Assembly: GCA_050012255.1 (NCBI GenBank)
Contig: JBEKHN010000001.1
Location: 224,001 to 288,000 of the forward strand
Origin: Candidatus Bathyarchaeia archaeon
GTDB taxonomy: Archaea > Thermoproteota > Bathyarchaeia > Bathyarchaeales > Bathycorpusculaceae
Reading direction: 5' to 3'
Length of the DNA: 64,000 nucleotides
The notes beneath the pieces are model-generated. The model had not been told where the DNA came from. It saw only the letters and a program-made list of their open reading frames with translations, and did no database searches. The number at the start of each line of letters is the position of its first letter. The stretch's first letter is position 1. The translations under genes were made by a program, and so were the position numbers. Of this stretch, positions 49,084 to 59,232 are shown in pieces.

Positions 49084-49728
49084 TTGTCGTTTCAGCTTAG
49101 TCAGGATGAAGGCAGTTTTCTCGTGAAGCTGGCACGGAAGGCGGTTGAAGAGTATTTGAAAACTGGGAAGCACGCGAAGATTCCGATGGGTGTCTCGGAA
49201 GAACTGCTAAGACCATGCGGGGTCTTCGTTACGATAAATAAGCTTGAGGGTGACCAGAAAGCTCTCAGGGGATGCATTGGCTTTCCGTACCCGACGACGC
49301 CGCTGGTTGAAGCAGTTGTAGAGTCTGCGATAAGCGCGGCAACTCAGGACCTAAGGTTTCCGCCCGTTTCTCTTGGTGAACTTGATCACGTTGTCTTCGA
49401 GGTGAGCGTGCTCACACCTCCTGAGACAGTGGAGGTGAAGAACCCGAAGGAATACTGCGCGCAGATCAAGGTGGGCGAAGACGGTTTGATCGTTGAAAGA
49501 GGCGTCTGCAAGGGGCTGCTCCTGCCTCAAGTGCCTGTCGAATGGGAATGGGATGAGGAGACTTTCTTGTGCCAATGCTGCCTCAAGGCTGGCTTGCCTC
49601 CAGATTCTTGGCTTGTGAAAGGCACGAAGATTTACAAGTTCAGTTCCATCATTGCTGAAGAGCTTTCACCCAAAGGCGAAGTAGTGATGGTCGATATGCG
49701 AAAGAAAACGAGGACCAAGAAGCTCTAG
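49084..49728 (+). CDS. AMMECR1-domain protein
   Basis: GVFVT, LRGCIG, EVSVLT, GLLLPQV and CLKAG motifs. Confidence 0.93.
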   Translation: MSFQLSQDEGSFLVKLARKAVEEYLKTGKHAKIPMGVSEELLRPCGVFVTINKLEGDQKALRGCIGFPYPTTPLVEAVVESAISAATQDLRFPPVSLGELDHVVFEVSVLTPPETVEVKNPKEYCAQIKVGEDGLIVERGVCKGLLLPQVPVEWEWDEETFLCQCCLKAGLPPDSWLVKGTKIYKFSSIIAEELSPKGEVVMVDMRKKTRTKKL

Positions 49729-49810
49729 AGTCCTGCGCGCAAAGTTTTTCATTTGCTCGTGACGTAGGAAATTATGGTCATAGAGAAAAACGTGAGAGAC
49801 AAGATGTGAG

Positions 49811-50146
49811 CTACACGTATTTTTTGTCTCTGTCGCACCACCATCTCTGGTACTGCTCAATGTACCGTACCGGCCCGCCGCACGTGGGGCAGGTCGGTGC
49901 CGTCCTCTGTGTGTCTTGAACTTGGGCCTGTGCAGGCTTCAACACTATGAAGTCTCCTATGGCTTGGACTTCTTCCCATGATATGTCTCGACCTTCGCCT
50001 TTCTTTCCCTCAACGCGCAAAGACAAGCCCATCTTGCCAACCACGAAAGCTACATCTTTAACGGTTCCGACAGAACGACCATTAGAATCCACGACCGCCA
50101 TGCCAACGAGCATGTCCTTCGTGACAGCCTTTTCCTGTTTGGCCAT
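49811..50146 (-). CDS. PRC-barrel protein with C-terminal zinc ribbon
   Basis: GMAVVDSNG..VGTVKD, IGDFIVL and CPTCG...YQRWWC motifs. Confidence 0.82.
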   Translation of the reverse strand: MAKQEKAVTKDMLVGMAVVDSNGRSVGTVKDVAFVVGKMGLSLRVEGKKGEGRDISWEEVQAIGDFIVLKPAQAQVQDTQRTAPTCPTCGGPVRYIEQYQRWWCDRDKKYV

Positions 50147-50348
50147 ACTTACCCTCCTTTTCGTTGGTAAGTGCGTGTGCACAGCTTAAGAGTTTTACCT
50201 AAACGCTCTGCGAGTCCCCAAAAAGTTAAGAACCGCTCGGCATCCATTTGCGCTTAGCGGCGCATCTTTACGTCTTCGACTTTCAACAAGACTCTCGGGC
50301 TGATCTTTGATAAAGAACGATTAAGAGAAGAGATATGGCGCAAGGCTG

Positions 50349-51542
50349 TTGGCGGGAAATAGCGGTATGAAAGTCTATTTTGCTCCTAACGGGATCGGTT
50401 TGGGACATGTTGGAAGATGCGTGCCCGTTGCGAGGAGGCTCAAGGAAAACGGTGCTGAAGTGGTTTTTTCAACTTACCGAGAAGGCATAGGATACGTTGA
50501 GCGCGAGAATTTTCCACTCATAAAGGCTCCTCCAATTGGGTTCCAAGTCAAACCCGACGGGAGCGTTGATTTCACGCAGACTGCGATCAATCCGGGCCCG
50601 TTTTTGGCCACGTTCACTCTTCTAAAACAGCTCAACGCAGAAATCAGAACGATTGAGGGTTTCAAGCCGGATGTCGTTGTTTCAGACTCGCGTGCCTCAC
50701 CTTTGCTGGCGGGTAGACTTTTAAGGATTCCCAGAATCTGCATACTAAACCAGTTCCAGCCTATAGTTCCAAGGAGAAAGCGTCTTCTACATTTGTCAAG
50801 GTTCGCAGACGCAGTCACTTTGACTCTTGTTGGTAAAATTTGGACAGGGGGAAACACAGTTCTAATTCCGGATTTTCCGCAACCATACACAATAGCAATC
50901 GGCAATCTCACCATCCCAAAACCCTACCGAAAAAATGTGAAGCTTATAGGACCGATACTCCCGACGAAACCAGAAGAATTACCGGCTAGAGAGGAAATAT
51001 GCGAAAAATTGAACCTGCCAACAGACAGGCCAATAATATTTGCCGCAGTGAGCGGCCCAACGTCAGAGAAGGCTTTCGTAACCGGAGTTCTGAGAAGAAT
51101 CCTGCTGGAGTTTCCAGAAGATTATGAAATCATAATGTCCCTTGGCTATCCAAGCGCAGACAGCAAGCCCACACGCCATAATAACGTTACGATTTACAAG
51201 TGGGTTCCTAACCGTTTTGAATACCTGAAAGCGTGCGACTTGGTCATAGGACGCGCTGGACATGGAACGATAACTCAGTGTATGTGCTATGGCAAGCCCA
51301 TGATACTCGTACCCACACCTAGTCACACCGAGCAGATCAGCAATGCAAAACAGGCAGAGAACATCGGTGTTGCAAAAATCATCTTACAGAATCGCTTGAG
51401 CAAAGAAAAACTACTGCAAAACGTCAAAGCGACTTTGCAGGGTAAAATGGCTCAGAGAGCTGCTGAGGTTCAAGAAGAAGTCCTGAAGTATGACGGATTG
51501 GAAAACGCTGTTCAGAACGTGATTGAAGCGGCTGGAAAATAG
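50349..51542 (+). CDS. GT-B glycosyltransferase (MurG/GT28-like)
   Basis: GIGLGHVGR, PDVVVSD, RAGHGT and HTEQ..NA motifs. Confidence 0.9.
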   Translation: MAGNSGMKVYFAPNGIGLGHVGRCVPVARRLKENGAEVVFSTYREGIGYVERENFPLIKAPPIGFQVKPDGSVDFTQTAINPGPFLATFTLLKQLNAEIRTIEGFKPDVVVSDSRASPLLAGRLLRIPRICILNQFQPIVPRRKRLLHLSRFADAVTLTLVGKIWTGGNTVLIPDFPQPYTIAIGNLTIPKPYRKNVKLIGPILPTKPEELPAREEICEKLNLPTDRPIIFAAVSGPTSEKAFVTGVLRRILLEFPEDYEIIMSLGYPSADSKPTRHNNVTIYKWVPNRFEYLKACDLVIGRAGHGTITQCMCYGKPMILVPTPSHTEQISNAKQAENIGVAKIILQNRLSKEKLLQNVKATLQGKMAQRAAEVQEEVLKYDGLENAVQNVIEAAGK

Positions 51543-51589
51543 AAGACTGCAACAAGTGTTTTAAGCCGAATAGCTGAGAACTTAGAAGC

Positions 51590-52444
51590 ATGTTCTTGCC
51601 GCGCAAGATTCTAGAAGAGAAGCTTCGAGCATTGCTGGCCGAGGACATAGGACAAGGAGACATAACCACATCGCTGATAATTCCCGCAGACACAAATGTG
51701 AAGGCCTCAGTGGTAGCAAAACAGCTGGGGATCGTTGCTGGAATTGAAGAAGCAAAGATCTTTCTGCAGAGTTTAGGACTCGAAGTCAAAGCTTCAGTGA
51801 ATGACGGGAAAGAAGTGAGACCAGGTGAAGCTCTGCTCAGAATCTCCGGAGATGCTCGCACGCTTCTGGCGGCAGAACGGACCCTGGTTAATCTTCTTTC
51901 GCGCATGAGTGGCATAGCGACAGCGACGAGGAACTTGGTTGAGAAGCTTCGAAAGGCCAAGGTTAAGACTAGGGTTGCGTGCACCCGAAAGACTGCGCCT
52001 GGGCTCCTGTACTTCGACAAGAAAGCCGTGCTGATAGGCGGCGGAGACACGCATAGGCTTCATCTTGATGATATGATCCTGATAAAAGACAATCACGTAG
52101 CCCTGGCAGGAAGTGTCGAAAAAGCCGTTGAAAAAGCTAGGAAACACGCTTCCTTCAGCAAGAAGATTGAGGTTGAAGTAACCAAAACCGAGGAAGTTCT
52201 GCCCGCTGTTCGAGCTGGAGCTGACATCGTGATGCTGGACAACTTTTCTCCGAAACAGATAGAGAAGGCAATGACGTTGCTCAAAAGAGAGAAGTATTAT
52301 GGAAAAGTTTTGGTAGAAGCCAGTGGCGGAATAACGACGGAGAACATCACAAGATTTGCCTCAACAGGGGTCGATGTCGTGAGTCTGGGCGAAATAACTC
52401 AGAGCCCAAAAGCCTTAGACATGAGTCTGGAAATCAACAAATAG
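51590..52444 (+). CDS. nadC: Quinolinate phosphoribosyltransferase
   Basis: ED...GDITT, TRKT.PG, HRL.L.D.ILIKDNH and EASGGI motifs. Confidence 0.96.
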   Translation: MFLPRKILEEKLRALLAEDIGQGDITTSLIIPADTNVKASVVAKQLGIVAGIEEAKIFLQSLGLEVKASVNDGKEVRPGEALLRISGDARTLLAAERTLVNLLSRMSGIATATRNLVEKLRKAKVKTRVACTRKTAPGLLYFDKKAVLIGGGDTHRLHLDDMILIKDNHVALAGSVEKAVEKARKHASFSKKIEVEVTKTEEVLPAVRAGADIVMLDNFSPKQIEKAMTLLKREKYYGKVLVEASGGITTENITRFASTGVDVVSLGEITQSPKALDMSLEINK

Positions 52445-52469
52445 CGAAAAGTTGATCAATGGGATGGTA

Positions 52470-53015
52470 TTAGCCGCTAGCTGCATTTATCAGGGCGATT
52501 TCTGTGATTGCAGATACTAACAATATCAAAGTTACAATGGCGATGAGGACAGCGGCGTTTCTAAGCTCTCTCTTGCCGTAGCCTTGCATGGTCCTTCGAA
52601 TGAGCCAGACGCTTTCTGCTAGGCCTATGGACATCGAGATGTTCTCTAACCAATAGACCGGGATTAGAAAGTATGCGAGGAGAAACAGCAGCGGCGTTAA
52701 TCCCTGTGCCTTCGGAGACATGGAAAATGCGACCAATACGACGCCTGAGCTGTAGCTTGAAAAGAAGCCAAAGATTGGTCCGCCAATGGGCACGAATGTT
52801 GCTAGACAGAGAATGAGGTTGTGTCCGAAGATGTTTTCGACACTGGCTGCGGTCCGCTCCTGATCTATTTCCTGGTTTATACTGTTGGCGTCTTGTTGAC
52901 TTAGGTGCGTCAGAAGTCCTACACCGGTGGCGACCTGCCACAGCAATAGGAAGACCGCGACGGTGATAATGCGCTTCCTTCTTGATGAGGACCCTTTCCA
53001 AAAACTGGGCATCAA
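52470..53015 (-). CDS. SpoIIM-like membrane protein
   Basis: IFGHN, P..WLE and SAITE TM pattern. Confidence 0.75.
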   Translation of the reverse strand: MMPSFWKGSSSRRKRIITVAVFLLLWQVATGVGLLTHLSQQDANSINQEIDQERTAASVENIFGHNLILCLATFVPIGGPIFGFFSSYSSGVVLVAFSMSPKAQGLTPLLFLLAYFLIPVYWLENISMSIGLAESVWLIRRTMQGYGKRELRNAAVLIAIVTLILLVSAITEIALINAASG

Positions 53016-53714
53016 TCACTTTGCCTCCTTTGGGCTTATTCTTAATGCTCTGAAACCCCTTGCCACGGGGTTTAATACTTCTGTGATATTGACCTTTTTG
53101 AGAACTTCTCCTGTGTCCTCCCCGTCACCTCTTACGTCGTGCTCTGCAGGCATCAACGAGTATAGGTAAACGTTGTTTTCCGTTAGCCTTGGCTGGCATC
53201 TGGAAGGTAAACCTAGCAGGACAGTTTGTTTCTCATCGATAGCTCTTGCGCTTGCATAGAGTATCGCGTGTGCGCCCGATGTTAACTCGGCGATCCTTAC
53301 TGGCACGCTTTCTTTGCCTATGGCCAGCATTTCGACCCCGTACTTTTGCATTATTTCGTTGGCGATTTTTCTGAGCCTCGGCAACACCTTCAACAGGTGT
53401 CGTTTGGCATTTGCAGAAATTTTCATGTTGGTGAATTCTATCGGGGAGAGCTGTTCAAGCGTAACCGACCCCAAGGACATGTCGAGGTGCACAACGTCAG
53501 CCTTTGCTTTTGCGATTAGGTCTCTGCAGAGTTCTGCTTCGTGTATTATGACTTCGTGGCCGTTTTCAGCGTTGGCGAAGATGGGTTCGGTCAGAAAAGC
53601 GCTTGCTTCCCTGTATGGTGGGAGGGTCAGGACTGATGCGGCTGCAACGATCGACACCGGTTCAAACTTGTCGTTGAGTATGGCTGCTGAGGAATCTGCT
53701 GCGATTACTCTCAA
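53016..53714 (-). CDS. DUF4152-family conserved archaeal protein
   Basis: VIAADS, DVVHLDMSLG and AIGKESVPVRIAEL motifs. Confidence 0.7.
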   Translation of the reverse strand: MRVIAADSSAAILNDKFEPVSIVAAASVLTLPPYREASAFLTEPIFANAENGHEVIIHEAELCRDLIAKAKADVVHLDMSLGSVTLEQLSPIEFTNMKISANAKRHLLKVLPRLRKIANEIMQKYGVEMLAIGKESVPVRIAELTSGAHAILYASARAIDEKQTVLLGLPSRCQPRLTENNVYLYSLMPAEHDVRGDGEDTGEVLKKVNITEVLNPVARGFRALRISPKEAK

Positions 53715-53753
53715 CCTTTCACCTTGCTTGTCAATTAGCGCGGTGACGAGGAT

Positions 53754-54383
53754 TTATGTTTGCTGTTCTAAGCCTTGCTTCTTTAGGTGTGTTCCCAGAA
53801 TGAACATTTCTGAGCTTTTGGCTCTGCTGGCTTTCGGTTTTACCACGACTATGGTTTCGAAACAGTGTTCCACCTTGTGCACGAAGTCGTCAAGCATGTC
53901 TCCTTGGAAGACCTTGACGAAAAAGTTTCCAGAAGGTCTCAATGTCTGCAGCGCTATTTCGAGTGCGCATTGTGCTAGGTCTATTTGGCGAGCATGGTCA
54001 ACTTCCCATATTCCTGAGATGTTCGAGGAAGCATCGGAGATTATTGCATCGGCTTTTCTTGGGAGCATTTCCAGAATCTGTTGAACTGCTTCTTCTTCTG
54101 TTATGTCGCAAACTATCGTTCTCACGTAGGGTTGTGGAAACGGTTCGATGTGTTTCAGGTCGACGCCTAGGACAAAGCCTTTTTTGCCGACGGTTTTTCG
54201 TGCCGCTTGGATCCAGCCGCCTGGCGCTGCGCCCAGGTCGACGACAACGTCGCCGTACTCTATGAAATGATATTTCCCTATGGCTTCAAAAAGTTTGTAG
54301 GCTGCTCTTGAGCGGTATTTTTCCAGCTTTGCCTTCTTGTAGTAGTAGTCTCTTTTTCTGTCCTGAATCCATGCCTTAGGCAA
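53754..54383 (-). CDS. rlmE: 23S rRNA Um2552 methyltransferase
   Basis: YRSRAAYKL, DLGAAPGGW and KPKASR..SSE motifs. Confidence 0.95.
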   Translation of the reverse strand: MPKAWIQDRKRDYYYKKAKLEKYRSRAAYKLFEAIGKYHFIEYGDVVVDLGAAPGGWIQAARKTVGKKGFVLGVDLKHIEPFPQPYVRTIVCDITEEEAVQQILEMLPRKADAIISDASSNISGIWEVDHARQIDLAQCALEIALQTLRPSGNFFVKVFQGDMLDDFVHKVEHCFETIVVVKPKASRAKSSEMFILGTHLKKQGLEQQT

Positions 54384-54385
54384 GA

Positions 54386-54778
54386 CTAGCTGTCACCAAC
54401 AGCGCCCAGCTCGTCTTGAGAAATATAATGAAGCCACTCTGTGAGCTTTTCACAATCCTGCGGTGAAATGGCACTTGATGGGTCACATCGAGCGTTGTCT
54501 GGGCACATCAAGCATGGGCAGTCAGCTATAGAGTCTATTGATGCTGGCAGCCTTTTGGGAAACAGTCTGTACGTCCATCTTCCCTCTCGGAGTTCTTTCT
54601 CTCTCCGGATGAGTCCTTTGTTCTCGAGTTTAAGGGCTATTCTGGAGCCTTCGCGGCTGCTGGCGTCCAATTCATGCCACAGGTCAGATTGGAGCACACC
54701 CTCAAAGCCTGTGGTCATTATGAACTGCAGAGCCCTTTGCTCCAAGTCATTGCGCTTCGGCATCTTCATCAATTCCAA
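54386..54778 (-). CDS. TFE beta subunit (RPC34-like wHTH plus 4Fe-4S)
   Basis: GVLQSDLW..L..SSREGSR wHTH; CLMC-x5-C-x10-C..L..W cluster motif. Confidence 0.8.
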   Translation of the reverse strand: MELMKMPKRNDLEQRALQFIMTTGFEGVLQSDLWHELDASSREGSRIALKLENKGLIRREKELREGRWTYRLFPKRLPASIDSIADCPCLMCPDNARCDPSSAISPQDCEKLTEWLHYISQDELGAVGDS

Positions 54779-54842
54779 ATCTTCCTCTTTAATATGTGCA
54801 GCTTTTAAATAAAAAGCTGTATGTTTAAGATCGACAAAAACT

Positions 54843-55880
54843 ATGTTGAAAGATGGGAAAATGAAGGATAAGGCACGAAGAGGCTACTGCTTGGGAATCG
54901 AATCAACGGCTGACGACTTCAGCGTTGGTGTGTCGACGTTTGACGGTGAAATACTAGCGAACGCAATAGACGCTTACGTGCCGCCTGAAGGTGGCATCCA
55001 TCCGCGAGAGGCGGCTAGACACCATGCTGATGTGGCGAGTAAAGTTCTCCGAGAGGCTTTCACAAAATCTGGGATAAGGCCAAAAAGCTTGTCTGTCTTG
55101 GCGTTTTCTCAGGGTCCAGGCTTGGGTCCTTGTCTGCGCACTGGAGCGACTGTGGCCCGGGCTTTAGCGTCCTACTTGGGCATTCCGCTTGTGGGAGTAA
55201 ACCACTGCATAGCGCATATTGAGATAGGTAAGCTTAGAGCAGGTGCCAAGAACCCTGTGACACTGTATGTTTCTGGCGGCAACACGATGGTTGCAGCCTT
55301 TGAATCTGGGCGTTACCGAGTTTTCGGCGAGACGCTGGACATTGCTCTCGGAAATTGCCTTGATGTTTTCGCCAGGGAAAGTGGGCTACGTCAAAAGGTA
55401 GGTATGCCGTTTGGTGCTGTGATAGAGAAGCTCGCGTTAGGTGGCAAGAAGTTGATTCCGTTGCCTTACTCGGTCAAGGGCATGGATGTGTCCCTGAGTG
55501 GTCTGTTAACGGCGTCCGTTGCTCTGCTTAAGAAGGGAGACTGCAGGCTTGAGGACCTGTGCTACAGTCTTCAGGAGACGGCTTTTTCAATGGTAACCGA
55601 AGTGACTGAAAGGGCTCTTGCTCACACTGGGAAGGAAGAGCTTCTCTTGACTGGCGGCGTGGCTGCTAACAGAAGGTTGCAGTCAATGATCAGAGCCGTG
55701 GCAGAAGAGCATGGCGTCAAGTTCGAAACGGTGGAGACGCAGTTTGCGGTGGACAACGGCGCGATGATTGCTTGGACTGGGGCTCTTGCTTACAATCACG
55801 GGGTCGTTACGCCGGTGGAGAAGAGTTTTGTCAGGCTGAGGTGGCGCCCTGAAGAGGTTGAAGTTCCGTGGGCAGAGTGA
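54843..55880 (+). CDS. kae1: KEOPS t6A synthase Kae1
   Basis: GIESTA, GGIHP, GPGLGPCL, NHCIAHIE, VSGG and DNGAMIA motifs. Confidence 0.97.
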   Translation: MLKDGKMKDKARRGYCLGIESTADDFSVGVSTFDGEILANAIDAYVPPEGGIHPREAARHHADVASKVLREAFTKSGIRPKSLSVLAFSQGPGLGPCLRTGATVARALASYLGIPLVGVNHCIAHIEIGKLRAGAKNPVTLYVSGGNTMVAAFESGRYRVFGETLDIALGNCLDVFARESGLRQKVGMPFGAVIEKLALGGKKLIPLPYSVKGMDVSLSGLLTASVALLKKGDCRLEDLCYSLQETAFSMVTEVTERALAHTGKEELLLTGGVAANRRLQSMIRAVAEEHGVKFETVETQFAVDNGAMIAWTGALAYNHGVVTPVEKSFVRLRWRPEEVEVPWAE

Positions 55881-56542
55881 GTTCGCCAGTGCTGATCAAG
55901 AAGGGGGCTGAGGCTAACCTTTACCTTGCAGACTGGCATGGCAGAAGGGCAGTGATGAAGAAACGCCTGCGCAAAGAGTACAGACCGTGGAAGCTTGATG
56001 AGCAGATTCGCAAGTACAGAACGGTTCATGAGCCGCAGTTGATGCATGAGGCAAAGAGGGCTGGCGTGCCAACGCCGATGATCTTTCTGGTCGACGTGAA
56101 GAACACGACGATAATCATGGAGTACATCGATGGAAAACAGGTGAAACAGCTGCTGAGTGCGATTTCTGAGGGTGAGAGGCAACGCTTGTGCTTCAGGATT
56201 GGCCAGTTGATAGCGCGGCTTCACGAGTGCGGCTTGATTCATGGCGATTTGACCACGTCGAACATGATTGTGGGTTTGGGGGGAAGGGTTTTCTTCGTGG
56301 ATTTCGGGCTTGGCGACAGGAGCGGGGAGGTTGAGGCGAGGGGGGTTGACCTGCACTTGATGAAGAGGGCCCTTGAAAGTACGCATTACGAATTCGCTGG
56401 GACTTGTTTTGAGTCTGTTTTGGCGGGTTACGGAAGCGTGTTGGGCGCGGGAGCGGTGAAAAGTGTTTTAGATAAAGTCAGGGAAATAGAGAGGAGGGGA
56501 CGCTATGTCGCGGAGAGGAAACAGGAAGAGTCTTCAGTTTAA
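55877..56542 (+). CDS. bud32: KEOPS kinase Bud32
   Basis: KGAEA, HGDLTTSN, DFGL and RRGRY motifs. Confidence 0.95.
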   Translation: MSSPVLIKKGAEANLYLADWHGRRAVMKKRLRKEYRPWKLDEQIRKYRTVHEPQLMHEAKRAGVPTPMIFLVDVKNTTIIMEYIDGKQVKQLLSAISEGERQRLCFRIGQLIARLHECGLIHGDLTTSNMIVGLGGRVFFVDFGLGDRSGEVEARGVDLHLMKRALESTHYEFAGTCFESVLAGYGSVLGAGAVKSVLDKVREIERRGRYVAERKQEESSV

Positions 56543-57110
56543 GGGTCGCGTCATATTCTTTGCAACGAACAACGTTAACAAGTTCGATGAAGCCCGCCAG
56601 GTTCTAGCCGAATACAGCGTGGCGGTTGGCATGCTGAGAGTGAAGTCGCTTGAGATTCAGAGTGAGAGCCTCGAAGAGATTGCTAGGGCAAGCGTTTTGG
56701 ATGCTTTTGAGAAGTGTCGTTTGCCAGTCATGGTGGAGGATGCCGGGTTGTTTATAGACGCTCTGAATGGTTTTCCAGGCCCCTACGCCGCTTACGTGTA
56801 CAAGACTGTTGGAAATCAAGGTCTGTTGAGACTGATGAAGAACGTCAAGGCCAGAAGGGCACGCTTTGAGTCCGCAGTTGCGTACTTCTCAGCGGAGCTA
56901 CAGTCGCCAGTATGTTTTCACGGCGAAGTGATCGGAGAAATAGCGGATGAGGAGAGAAAGGGAAGCGAAAGGTCTGGTTTCGGTTTCGACCCGATCTTCA
57001 AGCCGCTGAATAGCAGTAAGACTTTCGCTGAGATGACCATCGCAGAGAAGAACGAGCATTCACATCGGGCAAGAGCTTTCCGAAAATTCGCAGAGTGGTA
57101 CAAGAGCTAG
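56505..57110 (+). CDS. rdgB: XTP/dITP diphosphatase (Ham1)
   Basis: ATNN..K, EDAGL..LNGFPGPY, GFGFDPIF and SHRARA motifs. Confidence 0.95.
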   Translation: MSRRGNRKSLQFKGRVIFFATNNVNKFDEARQVLAEYSVAVGMLRVKSLEIQSESLEEIARASVLDAFEKCRLPVMVEDAGLFIDALNGFPGPYAAYVYKTVGNQGLLRLMKNVKARRARFESAVAYFSAELQSPVCFHGEVIGEIADEERKGSERSGFGFDPIFKPLNSSKTFAEMTIAEKNEHSHRARAFRKFAEWYKS

Positions 57111-57140
57111 AGTCCTCCAGCCTCAGCCCACGATTGACCA

Positions 57141-57335
57141 GAACGCTACATCCCTGTATTCGCGTTTTGGCCCCGTCTATTCCACCCTCCCCCTCCCCCC
57201 TAGGGTACTAGTACTGCACGTAGGCGCTGGAGAAGGCCCTACTGACTCGGCATGGGCCTGAAGCCGAGTATATGCAGAGGGCTTGGCGGATAGTCACGGC
57301 AAGGGCGGTGACTTTTCAATGCGCTCGACCATCAC
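57141..57335 (-). repeat. Dispersed repeat C, copy 2
   Basis: Reverse complement of 14704-14898. Confidence 0.9.
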
Positions 57336-57560
57336 GCGATCTTCTGGTTCCATCCTTCCTTCACTGAGCTTGCGTGTGCGTTTGTCCTTCCCCTAAGGGC
57401 GTCAGTCCTCATAACAGGTATAGGCTTGACTTTCTTTGAACTGAGAAATTGAGGCTTGAGCACTTTGCAGCAGTGATTCTCGCCCGGTCTCGAACGTTAA
57501 GCTTAGACAGTAAAAGAGAAAGAGTTTCGAAAGAGCCCGCCCGCCACTTTCATGCTTGCC

Positions 57561-57765
57561 GCGCGCTAGCGTGTTCCTAAATTCTTTTGGGAAGTAGCTT
57601 GTACTGCTTATTCTGCTCTTCAACCATATTTGGGTCATGTAGAATACCCTGAGGGGGGAGGGTGTGAGCACGCAAGCACGCAGCTTGAACCGTGACAGTA
57701 ATCGTCGACCATGGGAAAACGCCATGCCTCCCTCTTGAGCATAATTTAGGAACAAGCACGCGCGC
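57561..57765 (-). mobile_element. MITE-like element family A, copy 2
   Basis: GCGCGCTAGCGTGTTCCTAAATT ... AATTTAGGAACAAGCACGCGCGC; homologous to 26246-26450. Confidence 0.82.
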
Positions 57766-57934
57766 TAATACCCAAAGTTTAAAACCAGTCTTTTGCAGAG
57801 TAGCATCTATAGCGCATGCTAAGACATACAAAGGAACTAACCCCACTGGGCCTAATGGTGAAATGGATGCGTAAAGGGTTGTTAGCGTTAGGAACGCGCG
57901 CGTGCTTATGGCAGAAAGACATGTCTGGAACAGA

Positions 57935-58232
57935 GCGCGCATGCCTGTTCCGAAAATGGTTAAAAATGGTCTTAATTCGCCTTTTGCGATTTAGAGGCAT
58001 TTTTGGGCTTCGCGTCTGTCTTCGTGCTTCTTTCAGTGCCCACGCTTCTCGAAATGTGCGGGCAGCCCGAAGGTGTTGGCCTGTGCGCTGTGATCCACTT
58101 ATCGTCAACACCCATGATTTTCCATCCTCACCACGGCTGAGACTGGCCTATCAGAGAAGCCCGAATCGGACGCAAAAAGGCAAAAGAAGAATAAAAACCA
58201 TTTTTGACCAATTTAGGAACACGCATGCGCGC
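57935..58232. mobile_element. MITE-like element family B with about 50-bp imperfect TIRs
   Basis: GCGCGCATGCCTGTTCCGAAAATGGTTAAAAATGGT... versus reverse complement of right end GCGCGCATGCGTGTTCCTAAATTGGTCAAAAATGGT... Confidence 0.82.
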
Positions 58233-58254
58233 TACTGTAAAGGAGGATGTATCT

Positions 58255-58827
58255 TTGAAGGACGTTGAGTTGAAGCTTATTTCTGAACTTATGAAGAACA
58301 GTCGCAGAAGCGACAGAGACTTGGCTAAAGCAATAGGAGTTTCTCAACCCACCGTATCGAGGATGATCAAAAAGCTGGAGAAAGAGGGCGTCATAAGGGA
58401 ATACACGATGATCCCTGATTTTAGCAAACTCGGATTCGAACTAATGTCTTTGGTAACCACAAAGGAGAATAGATTGCTCAGCGAAGAAGAAACTGAAGAA
58501 GCATGGAAGAAAGCTCGTGAAATGGCGAAGAAAATGCCCACGCCATTCCTTTTCGTCCTAAGCACTAAACCCTCAGCCGCTGACACAACCGCTCTTGCTT
58601 TGCACGAAAACTACTCGGATTACATCACATATATTAAGGGAATCAGGGAAAATCCGCTCGTAGGTATTGATGGTGTTGCGGGTTTCATCGCAGAGACGAA
58701 ACTCAAGAATCATTTTGTTCCCTTGACTCTATCTGAAGTGGCGAACTTCATAAAGAGAAGAGGACTAGCGAACAAGACCAAGAGCGTCCCCACAATCAAA
58801 GCAGGCAAGAGGGCAAAGGCTCCCTGA
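58255..58827 (+). CDS. Lrp/AsnC-family transcriptional regulator
   Basis: GGAGG SD; LISELMKNSRRSDRDLAKAIGVSQPTVSR HTH; IPDFSKLGF. Confidence 0.88.
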   Translation: MKDVELKLISELMKNSRRSDRDLAKAIGVSQPTVSRMIKKLEKEGVIREYTMIPDFSKLGFELMSLVTTKENRLLSEEETEEAWKKAREMAKKMPTPFLFVLSTKPSAADTTALALHENYSDYITYIKGIRENPLVGIDGVAGFIAETKLKNHFVPLTLSEVANFIKRRGLANKTKSVPTIKAGKRAKAP

Positions 58828-58902
58828 CTACAGAGGTCTGGGCAGAAAGCGCGAAGGCAATAACTAAGGTTTCTGCGTGTTCAAAGTGTCTTGGGGTTTT
58901 GA

Positions 58903-58928
58903 AGATAAAACTTTACCCCAACCAACCA
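58903..58928 (-). repeat. Dispersed repeat D, copy 2
   Basis: Exact reverse complement of 13997-14022. Confidence 0.85.
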
Positions 58929-59232
58929 TAACGACACCCTAGTTGGAAGAATTGGGGACCTAACAGAGGCGCGCGCGCTATCGCTGTGGCCGAAAAGGTG
59001 CTAAACCATGTCCAAATGTTGTTTCCCGGTTTGGAAAGCAAGACGGTGAAATCAAAGTTACCTTCAATTTCGCCGGTTGATTAGAAAGTGTGAAAAGGAA
59101 TGACAAGGAACGGTGAGCATCATAACTGTGTACCTCTTATTCCTGAGCGCGCGCAAACTAAATGTGAAACCACTGCAACAATACTGTTGGGTGAGCTTTG
59201 CGAAGGCAAGAAGAAACGAGACCGTCTAAAGG

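Noticed and set aside
57402-58268. Several ORFs of 110-150 aa across the MITE cluster (also 26252-26482)
   Set aside because: They run through TIR-bounded repeats whose copies differ by frame-breaking indels; likely spurious.
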